This document shows positions 47,851-57,812 of a stretch of 64,000 nucleotides of DNA, piece after piece. The stretch's first letter is position 1. Every line of letters starts with the position of its first letter. The notes beneath the pieces were generated by a model. That model was not told the origin of the DNA. It worked only from the letters and a program-made list of their open reading frames with translations, and did no database searches. Origin of the DNA: Faecousia sp. (GTDB lineage Bacteria; Bacillota; Clostridia; Oscillospirales; Oscillospiraceae); contig JAZQDL010000101.1 of NCBI GenBank assembly GCA_045546835.1, positions 3,500-67,499 of the forward strand. Direction: 5' to 3'. A program made the position numbers and the translations under genes.

Positions 47851-49680
47851 TTACTTATAAAGAGGACCGTAGGTAGCACAGGCGCGGTAGTCCTGGCCTT
47901 CCTTATCCATACCGAATGCGTTCCAGCAAGCAGGACGGTAGATATCATCCTCAGGCACATTGTGCATACACACAGGAATGCGCAGCATAGAGCACATGGT
48001 GATCAGGTCAGCACCGATGTGGCCGTAGGAGATTGCACCGTGGTTAGCGCCCCAGTTCATCATGACCTCATAAGCGGTCTTGAAGGGAGAGCCTTCCTTG
48101 CCGTCGCAGCGAGGTGCAAACCAGGTGCAGGGCCAGGTGGGGTTGGTGCGCTCCATCAGGGTATCGGAAACCTGGTCGGGCAGGTTCACAGTCCAGCCTT
48201 CTGCGATCTGCAGAACGGGACCCAGACCCTTCACCAGATTCATACGGATCATAGTGCAGGGCATTTCAGCCTTGGTGGTGTAGTGGCTGGAGAATCCGCC
48301 GCCGCGGAAGTTATCCTGACCTGCCTCGCACCATACGGTGGCGTCGGTCATCTTCTTGATGTCCTCGTCGGTGACTTCCCACCACTTCTTCATCGTGGCG
48401 TTGCCATTTTCATCAGTGCAGACACCGGAAGCATCCAGGCAGGCAGCGCCGGAGTTGAGCAGGTGGATAATACCGTTAGACTCTGCAGCCTTGCCGGTGA
48501 GCTTGTAGCCGGTGACACGTTCGGTAGCCTCACCGGACCAGTATGTACGCACATCGGCAAAGATCTGAGCGCGGTGGGTCAGCAGACGCATCATCAGCAT
48601 GCTCATGCCGTTGAGGATGTCGTTCTCGGTAGCCAATGTATAGGGCTCGCGAGCGCCTTCATAGTCGAAGGTGGAAGAAAGCAGTGCCTCGGGGTAGTCG
48701 CAGTTGGGCCAATGGTCGGTCCACTGACGCTGACCCTGGAAGCCGCCGGCGATGGCATTGTGACCAACCTTCTCTTCCTCGAATGCATCGGGGAGGTTCT
48801 GGTTGCCAGCCATCAGGTCCTTAATGATGCAGTACATCTTAACAGTGAACTCCCACTGCTTTTCCTTCTCTTCGGGAGTGAACTTAATGCGAACCTTCTC
48901 GCCCAGGAATTCCACTTCCTCGGGGTTATCGTCACGGCCTTCCTTGCAGTGCTCCTTAGTCCAAGCCAGAGCCTTCTGGAACTCTTCCTCGTTGTAGATG
49001 CCCTCTTCCATACGGCGCAGGATCTCAACCTCGTCCACAGACTCAACACGCATACCGAAGTACTCTTCCAGCATGCTCTGGTCCATAATAGAACCGGCAA
49101 TACCCATACACTGAGAGCCGATCTGCAGGTAGGACTTACCCCGCATGGTGGCAACTGCAACAGCGGCACGACCAAAGCGAAGCAGCTTATCCTTTACATC
49201 TTCAGGCATCTGGGTGACCTGATCCCGGTCCTGAACCTCATGTCCGTAGATGCCGAATGCAGGCAGACCCTTCTGGGCGTGACCGGCAAGAACAGCAGCT
49301 AAGTAAACAGCGCCGGGACGCTCTGTGCCGTTGAAGCCCCAAACGCCCTTAATGGTGTGGGGATCCATATCCATAGTCTCAGAGCCGTAGCACCAGCAGG
49401 GAGTCACGGACAGGGTGATGGAAACGCCTTCGCGCTTAAACTTATTTGCGCAGGCAGCTGCCTCAGGTACACGACCGATGCAGGTGTCAGCCATAACCAC
49501 CTTTACAGGCTCGCCGTTGGAGTAGAACAGGTTCTCCTCGAACAGCTTCTTGGCAGACTCAGCCATTGCCCAAACCAGGGGCTCCAGAGATTCACGCATC
49601 ATCTGAGGGCCGCGGCGGCCGTCAACGATGGGGCGAATACCGATTACGGGATAATCGCCGATGTATCTATTTTTTGCCAT
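47851..49680 (-). CDS. fucI: L-fucose isomerase
   Basis: [45 protein letters not shown]; start at ATG 49680. Confidence 0.95.
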   Translation of the reverse strand: MAKNRYIGDYPVIGIRPIVDGRRGPQMMRESLEPLVWAMAESAKKLFEENLFYSNGEPVKVVMADTCIGRVPEAAACANKFKREGVSITLSVTPCWCYGSETMDMDPHTIKGVWGFNGTERPGAVYLAAVLAGHAQKGLPAFGIYGHEVQDRDQVTQMPEDVKDKLLRFGRAAVAVATMRGKSYLQIGSQCMGIAGSIMDQSMLEEYFGMRVESVDEVEILRRMEEGIYNEEEFQKALAWTKEHCKEGRDDNPEEVEFLGEKVRIKFTPEEKEKQWEFTVKMYCIIKDLMAGNQNLPDAFEEEKVGHNAIAGGFQGQRQWTDHWPNCDYPEALLSSTFDYEGAREPYTLATENDILNGMSMLMMRLLTHRAQIFADVRTYWSGEATERVTGYKLTGKAAESNGIIHLLNSGAACLDASGVCTDENGNATMKKWWEVTDEDIKKMTDATVWCEAGQDNFRGGGFSSHYTTKAEMPCTMIRMNLVKGLGPVLQIAEGWTVNLPDQVSDTLMERTNPTWPCTWFAPRCDGKEGSPFKTAYEVMMNWGANHGAISYGHIGADLITMCSMLRIPVCMHNVPEDDIYRPACWNAFGMDKEGQDYRACATYGPLYK

Positions 49681-49806
49681 AAACAGTTTCCTCCTAAATT
49701 TTGTATAATTATAATATACTACACTTATGATATAAAAACAACTTTGTATTGTCAATACAAAAAAGGCGTGTTGCAAAAACTTTTTTGCAACACACCCTTT
49801 TGGGTT

Positions 49807-50298
49807 TTATTTCTCTTCCTCAGGGGTAAAATCCAACGTCAGGGTCTTAACGCCGGTGCGAAGCTGGGTGCATTTTACGCCCGCAGACTCTAACATCCGC
49901 TTGGATGCAAGGGTGGTAGGAGTGGTAGCATACTTATCGGACAGATAGTAGACCTCCCGAACACCGCTCTGAATGATCGCCTTTGCGCACTCGTTACAGG
50001 GGAACAGCGCAACATACAGCTTACTGCCCCGTAGGTCACGGCCGTTGGCATTTAAAATGGCATTGAGCTCTGCGTGGACCACATAGGGATACTTGGTCTC
50101 CTCACCGGTACGGTCCCAGGGGAACTCGTCATCGCTGCAGCCCTTGGGCATACCGTTATAGCCGGTAGAAATAATAATATTGTCCTGAGAAACGATACAG
50201 GCACCTACCTGTGTGCTGGGGTCCTTGCTGCGCTTTGCTGCCAGCATTGCAACGCCCATAAAGTATTCATCCCAGCTGATATAGTCTGTTCTTTTCAT
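49807..50298 (-). CDS. dCMP deaminase
   Basis: SWDEYFM, RSKDPSTQVGA, HAELNA, FPCNECAK. Confidence 0.92.
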   Translation of the reverse strand: MKRTDYISWDEYFMGVAMLAAKRSKDPSTQVGACIVSQDNIIISTGYNGMPKGCSDDEFPWDRTGEETKYPYVVHAELNAILNANGRDLRGSKLYVALFPCNECAKAIIQSGVREVYYLSDKYATTPTTLASKRMLESAGVKCTQLRTGVKTLTLDFTPEEEK

Positions 50299-50399
50299 TT
50301 TGTAACCGCCTCCTGTTTATTTGTTTGGGGACTTTTAGAATATTATAATATAAAAACACATTGGGAGCAAGTCCCAATCATAAACTTTTCCCGGTTTGC

Positions 50400-50703
50400 A
50401 AATTTCTATTTATCGAACAGATTACCCAAAATGCACGTCATTGCGAACCAGTGCGCACACTGGTGTGGCAATCCGTTCTCTTTAAGAAAATGCTCTGTAT
50501 GGAGATACGGTTTGCCGCGTCGCTTCGCTCCTCGCAAAGACGTGGAGGTACGATGGCTGATTGTGTAGGGCGGGGGCTTGCTCCCGCCGTCTGGGATGTT
50601 GGGGTTCGATGCCCCAATATCCCAGAATTATCATTTGATGGTGCGATAGCGGCGGGAGTAGAACCCCCGCCCTACGATGGGTGTAATCATCAAACAGAAA
50701 TTT
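50400..50703. repeat. Composite MITE-like element carrying both repeat families
   Basis: AAATTTCTATTTATCG + GTCATTGCG-family pair + GTAG REP pair + CATCAAACAGAAATTT. Confidence 0.85.
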
Positions 50704-50749
50704 CAATACCACACCGGTGGAGGTGTGGCATTGCGATCATTTGTTGTAT

Positions 50750-51907
50750 TTACTCAAAGAAATCTTTCAGGGTGTCGAAAAATTTCTTCCGCTTGGGGCT
50801 GGACTTTCCGTCCAGGGTGTTATCCAGCTGGCGCAAAAGTTCCTTTTGCTCCTTTGTCAGCTTGGTAGGGGTTTCTACCACAACTGTAAAGTAATGATTG
50901 CCCCGGCGTTTGGGATTATTCACCTGGGGAATACCCTTGCCGCCGATAGAGAACTGCCGTCCGGTCTGTGTTCCTTCCGGGATCTCAAAGGACTGCTTTC
51001 CGTCCAGGGTGGGCACTTCGATCTGTGCGCCCAGGGCTGCCTGGGTAAATGTAATAGGCACTTCGCAGAATACATCCATATTCTGCCGCTCAAAAATGGG
51101 ATGGCGCCGGATAGAGATCTCCACCAGCAGATCGCCGTTGGGTCCGCCGTTATAACCAACACAGCCCTCGCCCCGCATCCGGACGCTTTGCCCTGCATCC
51201 ACACCGGCGGGGATCTTCACCTTGACCCGCTGGGTGCGGCGCACCTTGCCCTTGCCACGGCAGGTGGTGCAAGGGTTTTTCACGATCTTGCCCCGACCGG
51301 AGCAGGACGGGCAAGTGGTCTGGGACTGCATCTGCATACCCATAATATTCTGGACCGTCCGGATCTGACCGCTGCCCCGGCACTGGGGACAGGTCTCGAT
51401 GGCACCGTCAGCCGAGCCGCTGCCGCTGCAGGCGGAGCAGTTTTCGATCCGCTGGGCAGAAACCTCTTTTTCACAGCCAAAGGCCGCTTCCTCGAAGGTC
51501 AGGTCCAGCCGGACGCCCACATTTTCACCCCGACGGGGTGCGTTTTGTGTACTTCTGCGGCTGCCGCCGCCACCGAAGAAAGAACCGAAAATATCGCCCA
51601 GGTCGCCAAAATCTCCGAAGCCGCCGAAACCGCCACCGAAGCCGCCGCCATAGCCTGCACCGCCGCCGTAGTTGGGATCAACACCAGCAAAGCCGAACTG
51701 GTCATAGCGTGCCCGCTTATCGTCGTCGGACAGCACTTCATAGGCTTCGCCCAGCTCCTTGAACTTTTCTTCCGCCTGTTTATCCCCGGGATTTCTGTCC
51801 GGGTGATACTTCATTGCGCTTTTGCGGTATGCTTTTTTTATTTCCTCGGCACTTGCGCCCTTTTCGACGCCCAGCACCTCATAATAGTCGCGTTTATTTT
51901 CTGCCAT
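50750..51907 (-). CDS. dnaJ: Chaperone DnaJ
   Basis: J domain with HPD, G/F region, four CxxCxGxG repeats. Confidence 0.97.
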   Translation of the reverse strand: MAENKRDYYEVLGVEKGASAEEIKKAYRKSAMKYHPDRNPGDKQAEEKFKELGEAYEVLSDDDKRARYDQFGFAGVDPNYGGGAGYGGGFGGGFGGFGDFGDLGDIFGSFFGGGGSRRSTQNAPRRGENVGVRLDLTFEEAAFGCEKEVSAQRIENCSACSGSGSADGAIETCPQCRGSGQIRTVQNIMGMQMQSQTTCPSCSGRGKIVKNPCTTCRGKGKVRRTQRVKVKIPAGVDAGQSVRMRGEGCVGYNGGPNGDLLVEISIRRHPIFERQNMDVFCEVPITFTQAALGAQIEVPTLDGKQSFEIPEGTQTGRQFSIGGKGIPQVNNPKRRGNHYFTVVVETPTKLTKEQKELLRQLDNTLDGKSSPKRKKFFDTLKDFFE

Positions 51908-51937
51908 TTGGTTTCACCTCTTTGCATAGGCTCCGCA

Positions 51938-52059
51938 AAGGCCCCCTTGTGCAAAGGGGGCTGGCAGCGAAGCTGACTGGGGGATTGTGCTTGCATCAGA
52001 TTGCAATCCCTCCGTCACGCCTTTAGGGCGTGACACCTCCCTTTACACAAGGGAGGCTT
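51938..52059. repeat. Third palindromic intergenic element
   Basis: AAGGCCCCCTTGTGCAAAGGGGG...CCTCCCTTTACACAAGGGAGGCTT terminal inverted arms with internal hairpins. Confidence 0.65.
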
Positions 52060-52098
52060 GAAAAGGGGCGGCGGTTTGCCGCCCCTTTGGGTTAGAAC

Positions 52099-53910
52099 TT
52101 AGTCAACAGTTTCGTAGTCAGCATCTACAACGCCGTCATCGCCGGGCTGTGCGCCTGCACCGGGCTGACCCTGGGGATTTGCCTGCTGGTACAGCTTCTC
52201 GGAAACTGCATAGAAAGCCTTCTGGACTTCCTCAGTTGCAGCCTTGATCGCCTCAAGATCAGTGCCCTTATTTGCTTCCTTCAGCTTGTCAACGGCAGTC
52301 TGGATAGAAGCCTTCTCCTCCTCGGAGATCTTGTCGCCCAGCTCGCCCAGAGCCTTCTCAGTCTGGTAAGCCACCTGATCAGCAGTGTTGTGGGTGTCAA
52401 CCTCTTCCTTACGAGCCTTATCCTCGGCAGCATACTGCTCAGCCTCACGGACAGCCTTATCGATGTCCTCCTGAGACAGGTTTGTGGAAGCGGTGATGGA
52501 GATCTGCTGCTCCTTGCCGGTACCCAGATCCTTTGCAGACACCTTTACGATGCCGTTGGCATCAATGTCAAAGGTAACCACGATCTGGGGCACGCCACGG
52601 GGAGCGGGTGCAATGCCGGTAAGCTGGAAGCGGCCCAGAGTCTTATTGTAAGCAGCCATCTCACGCTCGCCCTGGAGCACGTGAACCTCAACGGAGGTCT
52701 GACCGTCCGCAGCGGTGGAGAAGATCTGGCTCTTGCGGGTGGGGATAGTGGTGTTACGATCGATCAGGCGAGTGAACACACCGCCCATAGTCTCAATGCC
52801 CAGAGACAGGGGGGTGACATCCAGCAGGACCACATCCTTCACATCGCCGGTGAGGACACCGCCCTGAATAGCAGCACCCACAGCAACACACTCATCGGGG
52901 TTGATGCCCTTGAAGCCTTCTGTTCCAGTGATGCCCTTAACAGCTTCCTGAACAGCAGGAATACGGGTAGAGCCGCCAACCAGCAGGACCTTATGCAGGT
53001 CGCTGGGCTTCAGACCGGCGTCGCTCATAGCCTGACGGACAGGCTTCATAGTGCGCTCCACCAGATCGGCAGTCAGCTCATTGAACTTTGCACGGCTCAG
53101 GGTCACATCCAGGTGCTTCGGGCCGGTTGCATCTGCAGTGATATAAGGCAGGTTGATGGCAGTAGTGGTCATACCGGACAGCTCGATCTTTGCCTTTTCA
53201 GCAGCTTCCTTCAGGCGCTGCATAGCCATCTTGTCGTTTGTCAGGTCGATGCCCTCAGCCTTCTTGAACTCGGAAACCAGGTAGTCCATCACTCTCTGGT
53301 CGAAGTCGTCGCCGCCCAGGCGGGTATCGCCTGCGGTAGCCAGAACTTCCACGATGCCGTCGCCGATCTCCAGAATGGAAACGTCGAAAGTACCGCCGCC
53401 CAGGTCGTAGACCATAATTTTCTGCTCATTTTCCTTGTCCAGACCGTAAGCCAGTGCGGCTGCGGTGGGCTCATTGATGATACGCTTAACCTCCAGACCG
53501 GCGATCTTGCCTGCGTCCTTGGTAGCCTGACGCTGTGCGTCAGAGAAGTATGCAGGAACGGTGATAACTGCCTCGGTGACCGGCTGGCCCAGATAAGCCT
53601 CGGCATCTGCCTTCAGCTTCTGCAGGACCATTGCGCTGATCTCCTGAGGGGTGTAACCCTTGCCGTCTATGTCTACCTTGTAGTTTTCGCCCATATGGCG
53701 CTTGATGGAAGCAACCGTGCGGTCTGCATTGGTAACAGCCTGGCGCTTTGCCACCTGACCGACCATACGCTCACCGGTCTTGGAGAACGCAACCACAGAA
53801 GGTGTGGTGCGTCCGCCCTCAGCATTGGCGATCACAACAGGCTCGCCGCCTTCCAGAACAGCTACACAAGAGTTGGTAGTACCCAAGTCAATTCCGATAA
53901 TCTTACCCAT
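52099..53910 (-). CDS. dnaK: Chaperone DnaK
   Basis: [34 protein letters not shown]; start at ATG 53910. Confidence 0.98.
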   Translation of the reverse strand: MGKIIGIDLGTTNSCVAVLEGGEPVVIANAEGGRTTPSVVAFSKTGERMVGQVAKRQAVTNADRTVASIKRHMGENYKVDIDGKGYTPQEISAMVLQKLKADAEAYLGQPVTEAVITVPAYFSDAQRQATKDAGKIAGLEVKRIINEPTAAALAYGLDKENEQKIMVYDLGGGTFDVSILEIGDGIVEVLATAGDTRLGGDDFDQRVMDYLVSEFKKAEGIDLTNDKMAMQRLKEAAEKAKIELSGMTTTAINLPYITADATGPKHLDVTLSRAKFNELTADLVERTMKPVRQAMSDAGLKPSDLHKVLLVGGSTRIPAVQEAVKGITGTEGFKGINPDECVAVGAAIQGGVLTGDVKDVVLLDVTPLSLGIETMGGVFTRLIDRNTTIPTRKSQIFSTAADGQTSVEVHVLQGEREMAAYNKTLGRFQLTGIAPAPRGVPQIVVTFDIDANGIVKVSAKDLGTGKEQQISITASTNLSQEDIDKAVREAEQYAAEDKARKEEVDTHNTADQVAYQTEKALGELGDKISEEEKASIQTAVDKLKEANKGTDLEAIKAATEEVQKAFYAVSEKLYQQANPQGQPGAGAQPGDDGVVDADYETVD

Positions 53911-54009
53911 AATAATTTTCCTCCTATATGAATTGAAAAATTGTATACTTGTTAAAAATCCGTGGAGATTGCCACGCCCCGTTGGGGCTCGCAATGACAC
54001 GGTTGTTTG

Positions 54010-54519
54010 TTAATTTGCAACGATGACCATTGCAAAACGGACGATCTTATCGCCCATTTTAAAGCCCTTTTGGAAGACCTGGGTGATGGTATTTTCTTCC
54101 ACGCCCGCTTCTTCCGTATGCATTACAGCATTGTGCAGATTGGGGTCAAACACATCGCCGGGGTTGCCGTAAATTTCCACGCCCAGACCTGCAAAAATAT
54201 TCACAAGCTGGGTCATTGTCATTTCCACGCCTTTTTTGTAGGCCTCGTCCTCGGTGGGCTGGTTCAGCGCCCGCTCCAGATTGTCATAGACCGGCAGAAG
54301 CTTTTCCACTGCATCCGCCTTGCCATTTCCGTAGGAGAGTTCCTTTTCTTTAATGGTCCGCTTGCGGAAGTTATCGTAGTCCGCCGCCAGACGCAAATAA
54401 GCATCGTGTTCAGCGTTATACTTTTCTTCCCAGGGATCGACGGCAGGTGCTTCCACCGTTTCTTCCTGAATTTCTTCGGTAACTTCCTCTACCGGTGTTT
54501 CTTTTTCCTTCTTTGCCAC
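54010..54519 (-). CDS. grpE: Nucleotide exchange factor GrpE
   Basis: LRLAADYDNFRKR, LLPVYDNLERAL, FDPNLHNAV, RFAMV. Confidence 0.95.
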   Translation of the reverse strand: MAKKEKETPVEEVTEEIQEETVEAPAVDPWEEKYNAEHDAYLRLAADYDNFRKRTIKEKELSYGNGKADAVEKLLPVYDNLERALNQPTEDEAYKKGVEMTMTQLVNIFAGLGVEIYGNPGDVFDPNLHNAVMHTEEAGVEENTITQVFQKGFKMGDKIVRFAMVIVAN

Positions 54520-54539
54520 TTTTATGCCTCCATTGACCT

Positions 54540-54624
54540 GTCATTGCGAGGAGCAAAGCGACGTGGCAATCTCCTGAAACCTTTGGAGATTCCCACGCCA
54601 GTGTGCGCACTGGCTCGGAATGAC
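54540..54624. repeat. GTCATTGCG-family palindromic doublet
   Basis: GTCATTGCGAGGAGCAAAGCGACGTGGCAATCTCC...GGAGATTCCCACGCCAGTGTGCGCACTGGCTCGGAATGAC. Confidence 0.8.
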
Positions 54625-54631
54625 ATTTTGA

Positions 54632-55696
54632 TTATTCTTCGGTTTCCTTTGGCTCAGGCAGCTGGGGCTGCTCAGGCTTTGCAAACATCTTGGAAAGGCT
54701 CTCGGCAAAGTAAGAAAGTCTTGCCGTGACCTTCGCATAATCCATTCTGGTAGGTCCAACTACGCCGATCATACCCTGCATACCGTCGCCAATGTCGAAC
54801 TTGGTCATAACCACAGAAGTGTCTTTGAGCTCCTGCGCCACATTCTCCGGTCCAACCAGAACCTGTGTGCCATTGGCATTTTGCATTACCGCAGGCAGGT
54901 TCGCCAGCGCATCCTCATCCAGAGAGGACATCAGCCGCTGTGCCTTATCCACATCCCGGTATTCCGGCTGACCAAGAAGCCGCATATGACCGGCAACTGC
55001 CATATTGGTGCTTGCCTGACGGCTCAGGGTCTCGGTGGTAAATTCCATTACAATAGGAACCAGGCTGGCTGCCGTACCGGCAGATGCCATCACCCGTTCC
55101 AGAAGCTCCGGGGTAAATTCGTCGGCTTGCAAGCCGGTCATTGCTGCGTTGAGAACAGCTGTCAGGATCTTAAGATCTGCTTCTGTTACATTCAACGGCA
55201 GCTTAATAAGCTTATTGAGCACCTGGTCGTCTGTGAGCATAACCACTAAGATTACACTGCCTTGCCCAGCTAAGATCAGCTCAAAGCGACGGACAGTCGC
55301 CCCCGCCTGGCGGGATGCCACAGAGATTGCCGGCAAGTCTGTTGCTTGCGATACAAGCTTTGCCACCTTCTCCACCAGCTTATCTACCCGCTGCATTTTT
55401 TCCTCGATGGCAGTGTTGATGGACTTTGTTTCGTCCATACTCAGCCGGTAGTCCGCCATCAGCTCATCCACATACAGCCGATAGCCTGCCGCAGAGGGAA
55501 CACGGCCGGCACTGGTGTGGGGCTGCTCTAAGTAACCCATAGCCGTAAGATCCGCCATTTCATTGCGGATGGTTGCTGAGGAATACTGCATATCCGGAAG
55601 CTCTGTAATGGCTTTCGAGCCCACCGGTTCTGCGGTGCGGATATAAAGATCTACCACGCTGCGCAAAACTTTCTTTTTCCGTTCTGTCAGTTCCAT
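54632..55696 (-). CDS. hrcA: Heat-inducible transcription repressor
   Basis: EPVGSK, SSATIRNEM, QPHTSAGRVPS, GPTRMDY. Confidence 0.96.
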   Translation of the reverse strand: MELTERKKKVLRSVVDLYIRTAEPVGSKAITELPDMQYSSATIRNEMADLTAMGYLEQPHTSAGRVPSAAGYRLYVDELMADYRLSMDETKSINTAIEEKMQRVDKLVEKVAKLVSQATDLPAISVASRQAGATVRRFELILAGQGSVILVVMLTDDQVLNKLIKLPLNVTEADLKILTAVLNAAMTGLQADEFTPELLERVMASAGTAASLVPIVMEFTTETLSRQASTNMAVAGHMRLLGQPEYRDVDKAQRLMSSLDEDALANLPAVMQNANGTQVLVGPENVAQELKDTSVVMTKFDIGDGMQGMIGVVGPTRMDYAKVTARLSYFAESLSKMFAKPEQPQLPEPKETEE

Positions 55697-55716
55697 ACGT
55701 TCCCTCCTTCTCAGGT

Positions 55717-55776
55717 TTAGCACTCAACTACCCTGAGTGCTAAGCACACTATACCAGAGAGTGCTAAAAATGTCAA
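55717..55776 (-). promoter_or_regulatory. Tandem CIRCE elements and SigA promoter of the hrcA operon
   Basis: Perfect TTAGCACTC-N9-GAGTGCTAA (55717-55743); second TAAGCACAC-N9-GAGTGCTAA (55741-55767); minus-strand TTGACA-17 bp-TATAGT. Confidence 0.93.
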
Positions 55777-55875
55777 GGGTCGTTTTTGAATTATTCTTTA
55801 ACATTTGAAAAAAAGTATTCCCCTTTGCTTTTTGTGCTGTTTATGATATAATGATTTTTGTGAGGTGAAGGCAAG

Positions 55876-57492
55876 ATGAAAAAATTTCTTTGCGCAGTTT
55901 TGGCAGTAATACTGCTCCTTTCCCTGCAAATATTCCCAACAGCCTATGCCAACGAATATAACGACCTATGCCAGATCCTGGTAAGCAGCTACGCAAACAA
56001 CACAAAGGTAGATATTTCCCGGTTCGGTCTGAACGAAGATGCCTTGGATGCTGCCTTTGTGGATGTATGGTACGGCGGCAAGCTGCCCTGGAACAGTTAC
56101 AGCTACAGCTACTCTCTTACCGAAAGCGGTGTGGTCTCGTCCTTTGCACCTATCTATTATGACAGGGCAGAATATGACTATGACCGGTACGAGCAGGCTG
56201 TAAAAACGCTTATGGATCAGGCGCTCGTCGAAGATATGACCCAGTGGGATATGGCACTGGCTGTTCACGATTATCTGGCGGTAAACAGCCAATACGACGA
56301 AACCTTGGAGCGCAATACAAACTATGATCTGCTGGTTAACGGCACGGCTGTCTGTACCGGTTATGCGATGGCATACTTAGATATTATGACCCGCCTGGGC
56401 ATTGAGTGCCGGTTTGTGGAAAGTCAGTCTATGCTCCACGCCTGGAATATGGTGAAAATCGGCGACAGTTGGTATCACGTGGATGTGACCCACGACGATT
56501 CCACCCCGGACGGCTATGGCTATGTGTCCCACGAGCGTTTCCTGAAAACGGATGAGGAAATGAAAGATTTGGGCTACTACGGCTGGGATAACGGCATTTC
56601 CTGCACTGACCAAGCCTTCATAGACCCTCTCTGGAAGAATGTAAGCAGTATGTTCATCTTTACTGACCGTGCAAAGGTTTGGCGGGAAAAAGACGGCTAC
56701 GATTATACGATTAGATATCAGAACAGAGATCTTACCGGTTCTGGCTTTGACATTTACACCATCCCTGCCCAGGCGCTGACCCTGGAAGAGGATGCCTACA
56801 ATTATGAAACAAACGGTCTTTCCATGGATAACGGCAGGCTTTGGTTCTCCGGTGTGGACCGGGTATGGTCCACGCTTCCGGACGGCTCGGATCTGCAGAC
56901 CGTGTTCCGCTATGACATCGAAAAGAACAAGAAATTCATTTACAGCAGCTTTGTAAAAGACGGCACCCTGTATCTGACCCTGTCAGACGGACAGTATCAG
57001 TTCTCTTCAAAGACAGTCGCTTTGGAGGACAGCGCAGAACATACCCACGATTATAAAAAAGAAACATTGGAAGCTACCTGCACCCAGACCGGCGGTGTAA
57101 CTTATCTGTGCCAGTGTGGCTTAAGCTACGACGGAGATGTTCTCCCTGCCAAGGGTCATACATACGACACCTACATCTCCCAGCAGGCCACCTGCCAGCA
57201 AGCAGGTGAAAAAGCCTTTGTCTGTTCCGTTTGCGGCGATTCTTACGCTGAAGCCTATTTAGACCCTGATGCCCACAGCTATGAGACAAGCATCGTCAAG
57301 GAAGCTTCTTTCTTCAAAGCGGGTACGAAGTATTTGACCTGCCGGGACTGCGGATACACCGCCTACGAAATGCTGGAAAGGCTGTCCTTTCAACAGCAGT
57401 TTGGTTTGCCCATCTGGAGCACCCTGATTGTGATCGCACTGTTTATCAGTATGCCGATCCTGATCGTCAGCAGCCGAAAAAAGAAAAAATAA
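55876..57492 (+). CDS. Secreted, membrane-anchored transglutaminase-like protein with Cys/His repeats
   Basis: Signal peptide; AVCTGYA, HAWN, WYHVDVT; ATC..G..CxxCG repeats; C-terminal TM helix and RKKKK. Confidence 0.8.
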   Translation: MKKFLCAVLAVILLLSLQIFPTAYANEYNDLCQILVSSYANNTKVDISRFGLNEDALDAAFVDVWYGGKLPWNSYSYSYSLTESGVVSSFAPIYYDRAEYDYDRYEQAVKTLMDQALVEDMTQWDMALAVHDYLAVNSQYDETLERNTNYDLLVNGTAVCTGYAMAYLDIMTRLGIECRFVESQSMLHAWNMVKIGDSWYHVDVTHDDSTPDGYGYVSHERFLKTDEEMKDLGYYGWDNGISCTDQAFIDPLWKNVSSMFIFTDRAKVWREKDGYDYTIRYQNRDLTGSGFDIYTIPAQALTLEEDAYNYETNGLSMDNGRLWFSGVDRVWSTLPDGSDLQTVFRYDIEKNKKFIYSSFVKDGTLYLTLSDGQYQFSSKTVALEDSAEHTHDYKKETLEATCTQTGGVTYLCQCGLSYDGDVLPAKGHTYDTYISQQATCQQAGEKAFVCSVCGDSYAEAYLDPDAHSYETSIVKEASFFKAGTKYLTCRDCGYTAYEMLERLSFQQQFGLPIWSTLIVIALFISMPILIVSSRKKKK

Positions 57493-57557
57493 GAAAGAAC
57501 TCAGGGCGACCTTTATGGTCGCCCTTTTTCTAGAGACCCTGCAGCCGGTAGATATTT

Positions 57558-57749
57558 GTAGGGGCGGCAATCTGCCGCCCGCCAGCCCTGTTATTCTGCA
57601 AGGTAAAAAACCCAGTGTTTTACAAATTTCTGTTTATCGAACTGATTATGGTAGGGCGGGGGCTTGCTCCCGCCGTTGGAAGCACCTGGTCATTGACGGC
57701 GGGAGCAAGCCCCCGCCCTACGATGGGTGCAATTGTCAAACAGAAATTT
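57558..57749. repeat. Single REP variant plus MITE-like REP doublet (57624-57749)
   Basis: GTAGGGGCGGCAATCTGCCGCCC; AAATTTCTGTTTATCG...TGTCAAACAGAAATTT. Confidence 0.85.
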
Positions 57750-57812
57750 GACGCAAGGTAATATCAATTGCAGCAAAAACCGACCGGAGGTTTCCGGTCG
57801 GTTTTTATGCCT

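Noticed and set aside
52390-53931. 513-aa ORF antisense to dnaK
   Set aside because: Long antisense frames opposite dnaK are a known codon-bias artefact; no independent motifs.
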